Assembly: GCA_030390025.1 (NCBI GenBank)
Contig: CM059433.1
Coordinates: 24,306,001-24,370,000 of the forward strand
Length of the DNA stretch: 64,000 bases
Source: Squalus acanthias
Taxonomy: Eukaryota
Direction: 5' to 3'
A program made the position numbers and the translations under genes. Positions 37,629 to 50,000 of this stretch are shown piece by piece. Position 1 is the first letter of the stretch. The number at the start of each line of letters is the position of its first letter. The notes beneath the pieces are model-generated. The model saw only the letters and a program-made list of their open reading frames with translations. It did no database searches and was not told where the DNA came from.

Positions 37629-39176
37629 TTAAACTTAAATAAAGCCAATTACATAGGTATGAGGGGCGAATTGGCTCAGGTAGATTGGAAAAATAGATTA
37701 AAAGGTTTGGCGGTAGATAAGCAGTGGCTAGCATTTAAAGAAATACTTCATAATTCTCAACAAAAATACATTCCATTGAGAAATCAAAACTCCACGGGAA
37801 AAGTGATCCAACTGTGGCTAACTGAAGAAGTTAAGGATAGCATTAGATTGAAAGAAGAAGCTTATAATGTTGCAAAGAATGATAGTAAGCCTGAGGATTG
37901 GGAGAGTTTCAGAAACCAGCAAAGGATGACCACAAAATTGATAAAAAGGGAAAAAATAGAATATGAGTGAAAACTAGCAAGAAATATAAAAGCAGATTGT
38001 AAGAGCTTCTACAAGTATGTAAAAAGGAAGAGAGTAGCAAAAGTAAACGTTGGTCCCTTAAAGGCTGAGACAGGAGAAATTATTATGCGGAATAAGGGAA
38101 TGGCAGAAACATTAAACAAATATTTTGTATCTGTCTTCACAGTAGAAGACACAAAAAGCATACCAAAAATGGTGGGGAACAAGGGTCTAATGAGGGTGAG
38201 GAACTTAACATAATTAATATAAGTAGAGAAAAAGTACTAGAGAAACTAATGGGACTAAAAGCCGACAAATCCCCTGACCTGATGGCCTACATCGTAGGGT
38301 TCTAAAAGAGGTGGCTGAAGAGATAGTGGATGCATTGGTTTTGATCTTCCAAAATTCCCTAGATTCTAGAACGGTCCCAATGGATTGGAAGGTCGTAAAT
38401 GTAACACCAATATTCAAGAAAGGAGGGAGAGAAAAAACAGGGAACTACAGGCCAGTTAGCCTGACATCAGTTATCGGGAAAATGCTGGAATCCATTGTTA
38501 AGGAAGTGGTATCAGGGCACTTAGAAAATCATAACATGGTTAGGCAGAGTCAACATGGATTTATGAAAGGGAAATCGTGTTTGACAAATTTATTAGAGTT
38601 TTTTTGAGGATGTAACTAGCAGGGTAGATAAAGGGGAACCAGTGGATGTAGTATATTTGGATTTCCAAAAGTCATTCGATAAGGTGCCACATAAAAGGTT
38701 ATTACACAAGATTAGGGCTCATGGGGTTGGGGGTAATATAGTAGCATGGATAGAGGATTGGTTAACGGACAGAAAACAGAGAGTAGGGATAAACGGATCT
38801 TTTTCAGGTTGGCGGGCTTTAACTAGTGGGGTGCCGCAAGGATCAGTGTTGGGGCCTCAGCTATTTACAATCTATATTAATGACCTAGATGAAGGGACCG
38901 AGTGTAATGTATCCAAGTTTGCTGATGATACAAAGCTAGGTGGGACAGTAAACTGTGAGGAGAACACAAAGAGTCTGCAAAGGGATATAGATAGATTAAG
39001 TGAGTGGGCAGTAAGGTGGCAGATGGAGTATAATGTAGGGAAATGTGAGGTTATTCACTTTGGTAGGAAGAATAGAAAAACAGAATATTTTTTAAATGGT
39101 GAGAAACTTTCAAATGTTGGTGTTGAGAGAGATTTGGGTGTCCTCGTGCAAGAAACACACAATCGCGTGTCATTAC

Positions 39177-39321
39177 CTGGAGTCCTTGTGCTCCGAGATC
39201 CATTGCCGTGTCTAAGACGGCGATGAGAACCCCCCCGCCAGCGTACTCTGGGTACCGGGAGAGGAACGACGTAGCGCCGGACTCTTCCTTCGATGAAGGA
39301 GTCAACGAGATGAGCAGCCAT
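39177..39321 (-). pseudogene. TPP2: Isolated, degenerate copy of tripeptidyl-peptidase II exon 1
   Basis: ATG in caagtcATGG (MAAHLVD...), then after a frameshift [38 protein letters not shown], versus human TPP2 [38 protein letters not shown]. Ends at a donor-like CAG|gtaatg. Confidence 0.85.
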
Positions 39322-39579
39322 GACTTGACTCTAAAATGGATAGGGCATATTCGAGTATGCAGTGCCTTTTGGGTATGAACGTCTGCCATTGGGGCCCAGA
39401 ATCGTGGAACGGATCCTTTTAAGATCAGGCAGGGGAGAATCGCTATTGCGAATTGATAAACTAAATTAAGTATTACTGTGTGTTCCCTGGCTGTAGTTCG
39501 TGACTCACTCTGACCCACAAGAAGTAAAAGTGGATAGACTAATGTGCAGTTCAAGTTCTGGCTCGCGTTCTATTTCTGT

Positions 39580-39652
39580 CCCGTCCAGTGGGCTGGGTAG
39601 AATGACTTGGTGGGCCGGATACGGCCCGTGGGCCGTATTTTGCCCACCACTG
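39580..39652 (-). mobile_element. hAT (Charlie-like) transposon terminus
   Basis: Minus strand reads CAGTGGTGGGCAAAATACGGCCCACGGGCCGTATCCGGCCC, typical of hAT-Charlie ends. The flank GTCTAGGC fits the nTCTAGAn target preference. Confidence 0.7.
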
Positions 39653-39882
39653 GTCTAGGCTCACACATTAAGAATGGGTATTTGGTATCGGAGAGCTGTA
39701 GGGATCCACAAAATTCTACCCTAGCAGGAGTCTGCGCCTTCAGGAGAGGAAGGAATTAAAGGATGGAAACTGAGTTACATCACTGGTCGCTGCTTAAACT
39801 AATTAATTATTGAACCGCGATTGATATGTGCACTGGGAATAGTTGAAGGTCCATTCAAAACCAGAAGCTTCAGGTTTCAATG

Positions 39883-39887
39883 TTAGC

Positions 39888-39930
<43 letters not shown>

Positions 39931-40325
39931 GTGGGTTCAAGTCCCACTCCAGAGACTTGAGCACAAAAATCTAGGCTGACACGCCAGTGGAGTGCTGCAC
40001 TGTTGGAGGTACTGTCTTTTGGATGAGATGTTAAACCGAGGCTTTGTCTGCTCTCTCAGGTGGATGTAAAAGATCCCATGGCACTATTCGCAGGGGAGTT
40101 ATCCGCGGTGTCCTGGCCAAAATTTATCCCTCATTCAACACCTAAAACAGATTATCTGGACATTATCACATTGCTGTTTGTGGGATCTTTCTGTGCGCAA
40201 ATTGGCTGCCGCATTTCCTACATTACAACAGTGACTACACTTCAAAAGTACTTCATTGGTTGTGAAGCACTTTGGGGCGTCCTGAGGTCATGGAAGGCAC
40301 TATATAAATGCAAATCTTTCTTTTT
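39883..40325 (+). mobile_element. tRNA-derived Deu-domain SINE (SacSINE1-like), full length
   Basis: A box TGGCTCAGTGG and B box GGTTCAAGTCC; central gatgtaaaagatcccatggcactatt Deu-type segment; L2-like tail ending tatataaatgcaaatctttcttt. Confidence 0.85.
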
Positions 40326-40959
40326 AACATGTCTAGAATAACACTGCTAGTCAAGGATGATATGATATTTGAAGACCAGGTGTAATACATTAAAGATAAA
40401 CTGGCAGAATCAATTTGAATGAAAAAGGGTGCAATTTAGTTATAGGAAACCTTAATAAACTGCCCAATCAAGGTGCACAGGCTGACAGGTTAATGTAAAA
40501 TTGGATGAAACAGGCTACAAGGAAAACCATTTAGAATTCGGAGTCATTTTAATTCCTAAGAAATTAACATAGAGCAGGGAACACCTCAATTGATGGAACG
40601 TTGTCAGAGATTATTTCTTGTGCCGACATGTGCCAAGATCCATTATGTGAGGTCTCCACTCCTTTCTGCTTGATACACATTTCCTGGTGCATCCTCCAGC
40701 GTGGACAGGTAGAAGCCACTTTAACCACATTTAAAATTGTGTGTTAATGACAGGGTGACATCAAAACACCTCCCCTGTCATTATCCTGGGTTACCATCTG
40801 GTAGTTGCTCAAAAGGAGGATCGCCAGAGAAAGTGGGTATTAGAGATAGCGGCCAGCCCCTTCAAGTGGATGATATGAGAAGAGGCAGCCAGCAATCTCT
40901 TCAGACCTGGAGCCAGGTATGTTTGACCTTCGTTTAGGTCAGCAAGGAGGGACAGCAGG

Positions 40960-42657
40960 GCTGGAGGCCACCTGGCCCTTTTTTTTTGACAGCAACGACT
41001 GACCCGACAGAGAACTGACCCAACACCAAGCAGTGGGGGATACAATTGAGCTCATTAAATGGCTTGTTAAGAGCCAACTTAATAGTATTTTGAGGCTTCC
41101 TTCCCATTTTACGTTCTCCCCCACGGGTTACCCGCTGCTCGGGGAACACGCCAGCTCACCCTGGCGTGAGTTGAGTCTGCTCTGATGTTTCTGAAATGCT
41201 GACAGCTGCAGAAGTGGTGTAAAGGATGCCATGTTGCAGATGGTCAGTTTCAGAGAGCAGAAACTGTTGGTTACTGCATTTGTAATACATATGGAGACTT
41301 CTTTAGCTTGCAAGTGTTTAGAGGCAACTGTATGTCCAGTGCCACCTCATTGGAACAACCTCTCTCACCACAGACAGATCGCTTCAGTCATCTCACCTGT
41401 AGCTGCCATCTATTGCAGCAACATCAGTGCCCTTGAAAAAATCAGACCTTGGTCCTCTGAATCCTTCCACGATCAGCCCCAACACCAACATCACCAGGCA
41501 CACCAACATCACCAACCTTCTCCGCCATCACCTGATGCTGCACAGGACACAGGTCATCAGCCCCTGACAACATTGCTGCCTGGGAGGCCAGCGATGGCAT
41601 CACCATGGCCAGATTTACTTCACTTGACGCTGTTAACCCTGGCTGCCACATGATGTGCCAGGTTGACACCATCCCACACCAGCACTGTGAAGCATCCCTT
41701 TAATGTCCAAGCCATTCCATGCACACTCGTCACTATAGCTGGGGTGGGGGGGCAGCAGAGAATTATGTCTCAACATTCACTGGAACTCAGTAAGATACTT
41801 CTCAAGGTGCGCTCAGATCTGTCTAAAAAGGGCAGTGTTGGAAAAATAGATTTCACTGTATGACAACACATTACCAGAAACTTCACATGGACATTGGCTA
41901 AGCCTTTCAAGTGCCTACCCTTGTGTGTTGTTAGTTGGTATGCTTGCAGTCGAATGAGGGTGAGTGTGAGGGGTGGCTAGTGAGATGGGGAAGTGATAAT
42001 GTAGATAGAGAGGGTTGGGTGGAGGTGCAAGGTAAGTTGGTGAGAATAAGGATGTGCAGGAGAAGGGTATGGAGGCAGAGTGATGGGGATGTGTTGAGTG
42101 GCACAGCAGGGTGAGGTTGAGTGTGGCTTTGCAGTAACGTTTCGTGATCCACTGAGATCATTGAAAGGTTGGCGCCACTTCAGCCAGGGAGCCCTGACAA
42201 CATCCCTGCTTTTGCCCTCCTGTGCAATGTGCAACCAGGCTGCGTTGGTGTCCTGGGAGGTCTCTTCCACCCTTGGAAGGGAAGAGAACCTCCCTGCGTG
42301 CTGTGACTCCCTCCATAAGCATATGGAGGAAGTCATTGGAAAGCCTGGGTGCAAGCATCCACTTTTGTGCAGTGCTTGTCAGTGTTTGCCGCACCTCAAT
42401 GCTGTCAAACACTGACAGAACAACTGTCAAACTCAATGTGGCCATGGTCCCTTTAAGGAAACCGGCTGATGACGCTTCATCAAATGACGTCATCAGACCC
42501 TCTTCCTGTTAATTGGCCGGGAAGCCCACAGGACAGGCTTAACAAGGCCAATCAAGGGAAAATCCCTTTGACAGAGCGGCTGCAGCCAGGATCGTGACTG
42601 GAACCCGGAAACCAGCTCTCCCACCACCATCCCGACACCGCTGATAAAATCGCGGCC
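40960..42657 (-). mobile_element. PIF/Harbinger transposon remnant carrying a decayed Myb/SANT-like ORF
   Basis: Frameshifted APRLSNDFLHMLMEGVTARREVLFP...TNAAWLHIAQE...VRAPWLKWRQPFNDL (~42150-42360), a Myb/SANT trihelix pattern. Right end AAAATCGCGGCC followed by ATA; left boundary uncertain. Confidence 0.75.
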
Positions 42658-43272
42658 ATAGAGTGCAAAAGCAAGGAAGTTATGCTAAACCTTTATAAAA
42701 CACTGGTTAGGCCTCAGCTGAAGTATTATGTTCAATTCTGGGCACCACACTTTAGGAAGGATGTCAAGGCCTTAAAGAGGGTGCAGAAGAGATTTACTAG
42801 AATGGTACCAGGGATGAGGGACTTCAGTTATGTGGAGAGACTGGAGAAGCTGAGGTTGTTCTCTTTAGAGCAGAGAAGGTTAAGAGGAGATTTGATAGAG
42901 GTGTTCAAAATCATGAATGGTTTTGATAGAGTAAATAAGGAGAAATTGTTTCCGGTGGCAGAAGGGTCGGTAACCAGAGGACACAGATTTAAGGTGATTA
43001 GCAAAAGAACCAGAGGCGACATGAGGATTTTTTTTGTTACACATCGAGTTGTTATGATCTGAAATGCATTGCCTGAAAGGGTGGTGGAAGCAGATTAAAC
43101 AGTAACTTTCAAAAGGGAATTGGATAAGTACTTGAAGAGAAAAACAATACAGCGCTCTGGGGACAGAGCCGGGGAGTGGGACTAATTGGATAGCTCGAGC
43201 AAAGAGCCAGCCCAGGTGAGAATAAGCCAATTGGCCTCCTTATGTGTTATATTATTCTGTGATTCTATGATC
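42658..43272 (+). mobile_element. CR1 3' fragment
   Basis: LYKTLVRPQLKYYVQFWAP...RRLRGDLIEVFKI; (ATTCTATG)-type tail. Confidence 0.88.
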
Positions 43273-44422
43273 CTAACCTTGGAAATTTGTCCTGTTGAGT
43301 TGTGCTCCAGTCAGGCATATTAGAAATGCTGGAGCGTAGGGAGATGAAGATAAAGATAAATTATCCCTGAGTAATATTGTATCACATTTACAGTAATGAG
43401 AGATTCAAGCTACTTCTGGTATTATGAACAGGGTCAATTTGCTGGGTCACAGCTGGCAGCAGGTTGAATGAGGTCAATGACAGGGATTCAGATGGGAGTA
43501 TGCCTCTATAATTTGACAGGCAGATTTCCCTCCTCCCTCCTGTCACCAATTTGGCCTTCCAGCATTGTTCCCTTGACATGGTAAAGTCAATTTTTAAAAA
43601 TTGTGTATGTATGCAATGTGCACATAGAAGTCTTCTGAAATAGTTATGTTTATTATTTTGTTGTAGCATGGCACTATCTGAGGGAATAATGGTCGGGGGG
43701 ACGGGGTGGGTGATAAAGGAAAAGATCAAACACTGAAGTGTGTGAAGGAGATGAAGACTTATTTTCCATTGATTGTTAAAAATATCCCGACAGTAAAAGT
43801 TGCTGATGCAAAACCCAAACAAGGTAATTGGATACATTCATAGTTATTCCAAGCAAGTTGTTATAACAATAATTGGAATATTGGTCTTGTTCGCTCCAAA
43901 AGAGCAACACTATACAAAGGAAAGCTCTATGTATGATTCTTGCATTCAAAGCACTTTGTTATAAAGGTACATTTAAATAACTTGGATTATACCGATTAGA
44001 GAAAATAAGATTAAGCAATGATATGGTTTAGTTCTTTAAGGAGATGAAGAGAACTGATGTCAATAACAGATTGCTTGTAAACAGGAGAAGAAGATGTGGG
44101 TTCAAAAGCTTGAGATAACAGAAAACGTATTTATGGCAAGTAATGGGCATGTGGAACCATCTGCCACCCAATGCAATTAATATTGCTAATTATTTCATTC
44201 AAGTTTTACAGGGTATGGAAGGTCGCAGGCATAATCAGAGAGTTGCTAGGAAGTTAGGACTTAGTGATGACTAGGTGTAACACTATTAACATTTCCAAAT
44301 GGATGTTGTGAGATCAGTGGGTTAGGTAGCCTGTTCTTGTTATTCAGCCCTATATTATTTACATTAATTTTGCATAGTCATTGCCATGTATCCCATTATA
44401 ATGAAATGGACAATTATCTAAT

Positions 44423-44630
44423 ACAAAAGCAAAATACTGCGGATGCTGGAGATCTGAAATAAAAACAGAAAAGGCTGCAAATACTCAGCAGGTTAGGCAG
44501 CATCTGTGGAGAGAGAAATAGAGTTAACGTTTCAAGTCAGAAAGCTCATCGAACCGAAACGTTAACTCGGTTTCTCTCTCCGCAGATGCTGCCTGACCTG
44601 CTGCGTATTTCCACCATTTTCTGTTTTTAT
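44423..44630. mobile_element. Inverted pair of Penelope-like terminal units with a 16-bp TSD
   Basis: TGGACAATTATCTAAT at 44407-44422 and 44631-44646; inverted arms of ~75 bp around 44535-44555. Confidence 0.8.
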
Positions 44631-45741
44631 TGGACAATTATCTAATGTAGGTTCGGCCTTTCTTTGAAATATATCCAGCTTCCAAAAAACAAATACAATA
44701 TTGCGATCAGGCAGAGCGTTTACAGTATCCTGTTCCTTCCCCTAGCTGGCCTTTATGAATAATCTTTTGATGGATTCAACCACTAATGCTGAATTCAGCA
44801 AAATTGAATACTTGGGTTTAATGTTACCAAAACAATTCATACTTGGATTCTTGATTGGACAGGCCTTTATCCTCTTCCCTTTCAAGTTTGTGTTCAGACT
44901 CTGCATTGTGTTCGTGGAATTTAAAAAAATCATGAGCCTTCATTACAGAAAGGTTTCAGAAATGTTTGCTTTAACACATTGCTATAATGACTGAGTGTCT
45001 AATGAGGATCAGTTTGTATTGGCTACTTAAACAGTCTAGTGGATATCATTACAGTTCAGTGGCTCCTTCCTGATATCTCTGGAGATGGTGCGAATTGGAT
45101 CCATTCCACCATTAGCATGAAAGCAGTTTTGCTTGTCCAGCAGGCGCATAGAGGGCCACCACATTAAGTTGGAAAGTAAACACCAAGCATAATCAATCAA
45201 CACTGTGGATCACAGCAGTTGTTTCTTGCTCAGATGAACCAGCAAGGTTTCTGGTGTAACTTGGATCTGAGACGGAGACATCCTCTTTTGAAAAGCATTC
45301 CTTCTGGAGAACTGCCTGATGTGGAAGTGCAGAGGACTGTTCATCAAGGGGCAATAAGTCTAATGGGTCAACTGCTAATTCTACCGATACTCTGGGCTTA
45401 CGTACATGAACATCACACAGGTGTCACAAGCCAGAGCTGCAGTGTTCCAAGGAGCCAGCCTTGCACTTTTTTTCCAGGCCAAACAATGGCTGAACAGACA
45501 ATTGCTGAAAAATAAAGGCATCATGTGCTTCCTGGAAAGCGAGTATTGACCTGCATGATTCTGTGCAGGTGGTTGCATATTAGCTACACATTGATGGTTC
45601 GTGAAGGCCCCACTATTATGGGCAGGAGCAAACAGAGCAACACGTGTGAAATCTATAATGCCCTGGATTTTGGAATCCTGCAATCTGGGCAAAACCCAGG
45701 GCCCTCTCCTGCTGATTCCAGCTGTTCTTTGGGAAAGTGAT

Positions 45742-45925
45742 TAAGCTGCCTCGGCCCTAAGCTCTGGAATTCCCTCCCTAAACCTCTCCGCCTCGCTACC
45801 TCTCATTCCTCCTTTAAGACGCTCCTTAAAACCTACCTCTTTGACCAACTTTTGTTTTATAACACTCCTGTGAAGTGCCGTGGGACGTTTTACTACGTTA
45901 AAGGCGCTATATAAATACAAATTGC
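45742..45925 (+). mobile_element. L2 LINE 3' end
   Basis: ccctaagctctggaattccctccctaaacctctccgcctc...ggcgctatataaatac; same sequence as 50230-50445. Confidence 0.75.
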
Positions 45926-46884
45926 TTTTGTTGTTGTTTGCTCTGGCAAGGAAGATGCCTGGAGGGCTTCCTGCCACCTCCCCCATCCCAAGGGGAAGAG
46001 GGTGTCCCTCCTCCTCTCTATTGTCTGCACAAGGGCTTCCAGTGCAGCATCAGAGAACCTTGAATCCCGCTCAACATCTACTTAAACCATTGTTTGCAGC
46101 TCTAGCTTCTTTTTTCTCTGCAGCCAGATTGCACACCACCATTAAGAGGTGCTGGCTGCCTTTAAGTGGCATCATAGACACCTGATATCTGTCCTCTCTG
46201 GTGTGCAGCCAATGAATGGTAGCGCTGGCTGCATGTCTGCGTGATTATAAGCAGCAGGCAGCACAAAAATTACGTGCTGCGTGTCAATACTAACAGGCGC
46301 ATGCAGTGCATGCTTCGCCCCGTTTTCAGGCACGATTGGATTTCTAGGCCATAATGTCAATCATAGAGACTATGAAGAAACCAGACACAAGGACACTGCA
46401 AGCGAATGTTGCAGCCCAAGAAAGTTAACTGCGAAGTATCCCTTTAGTCTATAGTGAGCGAGCTTCAACCAGCAGCAGTTTCTTTCCAGTTCGTTAAAGC
46501 TCATGAGAGCTGAATTATTTGCTACAGTTGCGGCACATGACAAGAAAACCACAGGGGACAGGACACATCAAGTAGAGTACACTTTTCTTATTGCCAAGAT
46601 AACTGTGCTATAATCGGATTACCTTTCCCTGTGTAAAAGATTTAAACTTGTTCCAGAAATGATAAAAATGCACATTGTGATTTCAAATAATTGCTCCAAG
46701 GAACTTGTGCCATTTAGTAACTGTCAAAATTGATATCTTGTTCTATGGCTGAATGCAAGCATAGCTTTAACCACGTCTATTTAATTATCACCCCGACACA
46801 CTCTGTGCTGCTAGTCAGCTATGTATCTTTCTTGATGGCTATCAAACTTCATGGACCTCCAATTCACATAGCTATAGAATCATA

Positions 46885-47730
46885 GGGCTGGATTTTGCCA
46901 ATGGGGAGCTTTTGGAGGCGGGACTCCCACTTGTCGGGTTTCAGTCCCGCCTCCATCAACTTCTGGCCAACCCACGCTATTTTCCCTTGATTGACCTTGT
47001 TAAGCCCGCCCAGCGGGCTTAGCAGGCCAATTAAGGGGAAGCCGGTTACAGAGAACATCAGCGTATGACGTTTCATCTGTCAAAAAGTTTTGACAGATGA
47101 ATTGTCATCGTTTGACAGCTCTGTGAAGCTGTCAAACACTGACATTCTCTGTAGTTTGATGAGTTCTTGAATTCAAGACTCATCAAATCTCTTTCTTTTG
47201 CAGAAATTAGATGGTTGTTGCATTGGAGAATGCAGCGGCCATCTGTCATCTCTGCCGCGGAGGTACGAGACTCTCCGCATCCCCAACTCTTGAAGCCTGC
47301 AGGAAGAAACAAAGGTAAGTAAACTTTTTCTATCACTTTCCACTTATCTCACATACTCACCTCGCCACACTTGCACCCATCACTTACCTTCACAGCGCAC
47401 TTTTGCACCCCTCCGACCCCCGCAGACCCACTGCTCGCCTCGGTGACCCTGGCGGGGTTCGGAGCCTTCAGGAAGCCCGCACTCGTGTGGGTAAAATGGG
47501 AATAATCCTCTTATCTACTTGTTAACTACCTGTTAACAGGCAGATAAGTGGCACTAATTCCCTTCCTGCCTCCAAGGAGATGGGACCCAGTGTGGGTTGG
47601 CTACCCACCTCCTGGCAAGATGGCACGGAGGCGGGTTGGGGGCGGGTTGGGTACCCGCCCCCAGATTCTGCCATTTTCCCAGCAGTCCCGCCTCCAAACC
47701 CGCCTCCCCAGGGCTGGCAAGATCGCGCCC
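46885..47730. mobile_element. PIF/Harbinger-type MITE, 846 bp, TSD ATA, inserted in a CR1 tail microsatellite
   Basis: TIRs GGGCTGGATTTTGCC / GGCAAGATCGCGCCC; ATA at 46882-46884 and 47731-47733. Confidence 0.82.
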
Positions 47731-47910
47731 ATAGCATCATAGAATAGTACAACACAGAAGGAGGCCATCCGGTCCATCCAGTCTGTGCTGGCTCTTTCAA
47801 AGAGCAATCCAGTCAGTCCCACTCCCCCGCTCTTTCCCCATTGCCCTGCAATTTTTTTCTCCTTCAAGTATTTATCCAATTCCCTTTTGAAGGATACAAT
47901 TGAATCTGTA
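47731..47910 (-). mobile_element. CR1 3' end fragment
   Basis: Reverse complement resembles 43090-43270. Confidence 0.75.
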
Positions 47911-48267
47911 TATGTGAAGGTTTGGCTTTGATCTGACAGATTTGAAGATGACACCAAAACTCAGAACTTATATTGTCTTTTCTGGTTCCACAGATTCCTA
48001 TGTTCTTACATCCACAGTCAACTCTCACAAACACCCTGTGGAATTTTCTGTAAACTCAGCTTGGTGACTGTGTAACTTTTATAAACTGAAAATGGAGTTT
48101 GATTTGTAGAAAATCTTTCATGAACATACATACCAACATATGAAAATGGCGGACAGGAAAAGATCAGCGAAAGATCAGTCATCTACTGGAGTAGAGACTG
48201 GTGCAAAGTAGTCATTTAAAACCTCTGCCATGTCTTGAATCTGCCCTGAGGAATCCTTTAACGGTCT

Positions 48268-50000
48268 TGTAAGGGGGGGCCGGCGAGGTGAGGCTTTCGT
48301 TGCCTGTGCTATTGCTTGCTCTGGTCTCCGGCCAGACTTTTGCAATAATCACCTGTGAGTGGTTCGACCCACTTGCCCTTACGGTTCTGACACCTGGACT
48401 TAGATGCAAAGGAGCAGTAATGCAGAGAAAAACTCAAATAGACCTGGTTGAATAGCACGAAATGAATGCCTTTATTGTACGGTGTCCAAAATAATGAAAT
48501 ACATGTCATATGCGCAGATCAAAGAAATTACAAGTATACACACGTCTATAAAACTTGGTCTATACAAATGGGGAACACACGACACATCGTAAAAGGGGGA
48601 ACACATTACACATTAACCTTAGGAACCACCCTCCCTTACAATACCTAAACTACGTCTGCATTTGTAGGGTCGGGAAACATGCTCACCACTCGGGTTACTC
48701 CGGAATTTAAAATGAGGCTTGCAGCTTTTCGCTGCAGCGCCTGGCTGTCACGTGGCTGTAAAGGCTTCTGAGCTCGACTTGTTTACACTCGCTGCCCTGA
48801 TGGACCCACTTGAGACAGCCCCGATGGACGTTCGTCATGGATGGCCCAGGCTACCCGCTCAAATAACCAGAAGATAAGCCTGTCTTCCTGATGTCATGAA
48901 ATTTTCGGTAGGATTCAAAAGGTGGATTTGAACCTACTTCGTCGTTTATCTTCGGGCGCGGTCGGGGTTTTACTGACCGTGGCGCCTCCCACGTGGAATT
49001 TCTTCTCGTCACTCGGGCCTCGCTCGGCCGAGATTCTTGTCTTCTTCGCTACCGACGGCTGGTCGCTCGGGAACACACCGTTGCGTTGCCCTGATGGATC
49101 CGGACACCGTTTACCGACGATCGGGATGGTGTACCCTACTGCCTGCCGTGTCGAGGTGGCTCGTTCTGAGGTTCTGTTTCTGGCCAACACGGACCACGAA
49201 CAACGAACTCGAACCCGAACTCCACCCAACACTCGAACACCGGACCAGCACAGCACTGCGGGCAGGACACGCACAAGACTGCAAGACTAAGACTCTTCCA
49301 ATCTCCGTAACTCTTCCAATCTGACTAATCCGTAACTTGACTGTAACTGTAACTCGTAACTCCTGAGGAACATTTGTCCTCTATAGTTATACTGTTTGGC
49401 CGGGCCTTATCTCCTGCTCAAATCAAGATGCTGTCTTTTGTTTAATTTTGGCGCCCAAAGCTCCCGGTATGGGGTAATTGTCTTCTTAACTAGTTTCGGG
49501 ATCACCCGAAACTGGCCAACTATCCGTTAATGTCTTCTTCATTGTTGAGCTAGGCAGGATGTGTATAAATCGTCTCCTCAACTGGTTTCGGGATCCCCTG
49601 AAAACTGGCCCAATCACCCGTCAATGTCTCTCCCATTGTTGAGCTGGGGGGGGTATTTGTGTATTGATGTGTCTGGATGGGCCCCCGATTGTCCAGAGCA
49701 ATGATTCTCATCGTGCATATGAAACGATTCAAGCACTTATATCATTGTTTTTGTCCAAAACGCAAATGGGTTGCATCCTGCCTTCCCAATCTATACCGTG
49801 CATGGTTTCATTATGAATGTATATTCAGCGCCATCTTGTCTGCTCACTATGTTCTGGAAAACGTCTGTCACGATGCTCGGTGGCCATTTTACAGGCTGCT
49901 GTACCCTTTTATTTAAAAGCAGTCTTTCGTTCAATAAAAATGTACAATTGAACCTGTTTCTCTCACATTATTAGAATCGCGATAATTGCGAAACTCTACA
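48268..50000 (-). mobile_element. Solo LTR-like element, 1733 bp, 4-bp TSD
   Basis: TGTA...TACA termini; GTCT at 48264-48267 and 50001-50004; minus-strand AATAAA at ~48471-48476; internal ~60-bp duplication. Orientation is tentative. Confidence 0.75.

Larger units (their letters stand above)
31650..39160 (+). mobile_element. CR1 LINE (EN to RT) interrupted by a Gypsy element and a MITE; 3' end lost
   Basis: EN ORF 36265-36933 (DLIAITETWL, VYRPP, GDFN, SDHN); RT ORFs 38311-39160. The reading context is restored when the two insertions are removed. Confidence 0.9.

Noticed and set aside
39051..39554. 167-aa ORF as a functional TPP2 gene
   Set aside because: Only ~40 residues match, conserved residues are altered, the true ATG is in another frame, and the ORF runs into antisense CR1.
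39661..39760. Possible 3' remnant of another SINE (gcgccttcaggagagga)
   Set aside because: Too short and decayed to assign without a database search.
48915..49324. 119-, 122- and 95-aa ORFs inside the solo LTR
   Set aside because: No recognisable motif, and such ORFs are expected by chance in GC-rich sequence.
49449..49458. TGGCGCCCAA, resembling a tRNA-Lys primer-binding site
   Set aside because: Only a 10-nt match, internal to the LTR-like element and not preceded by an LTR-ending CA.
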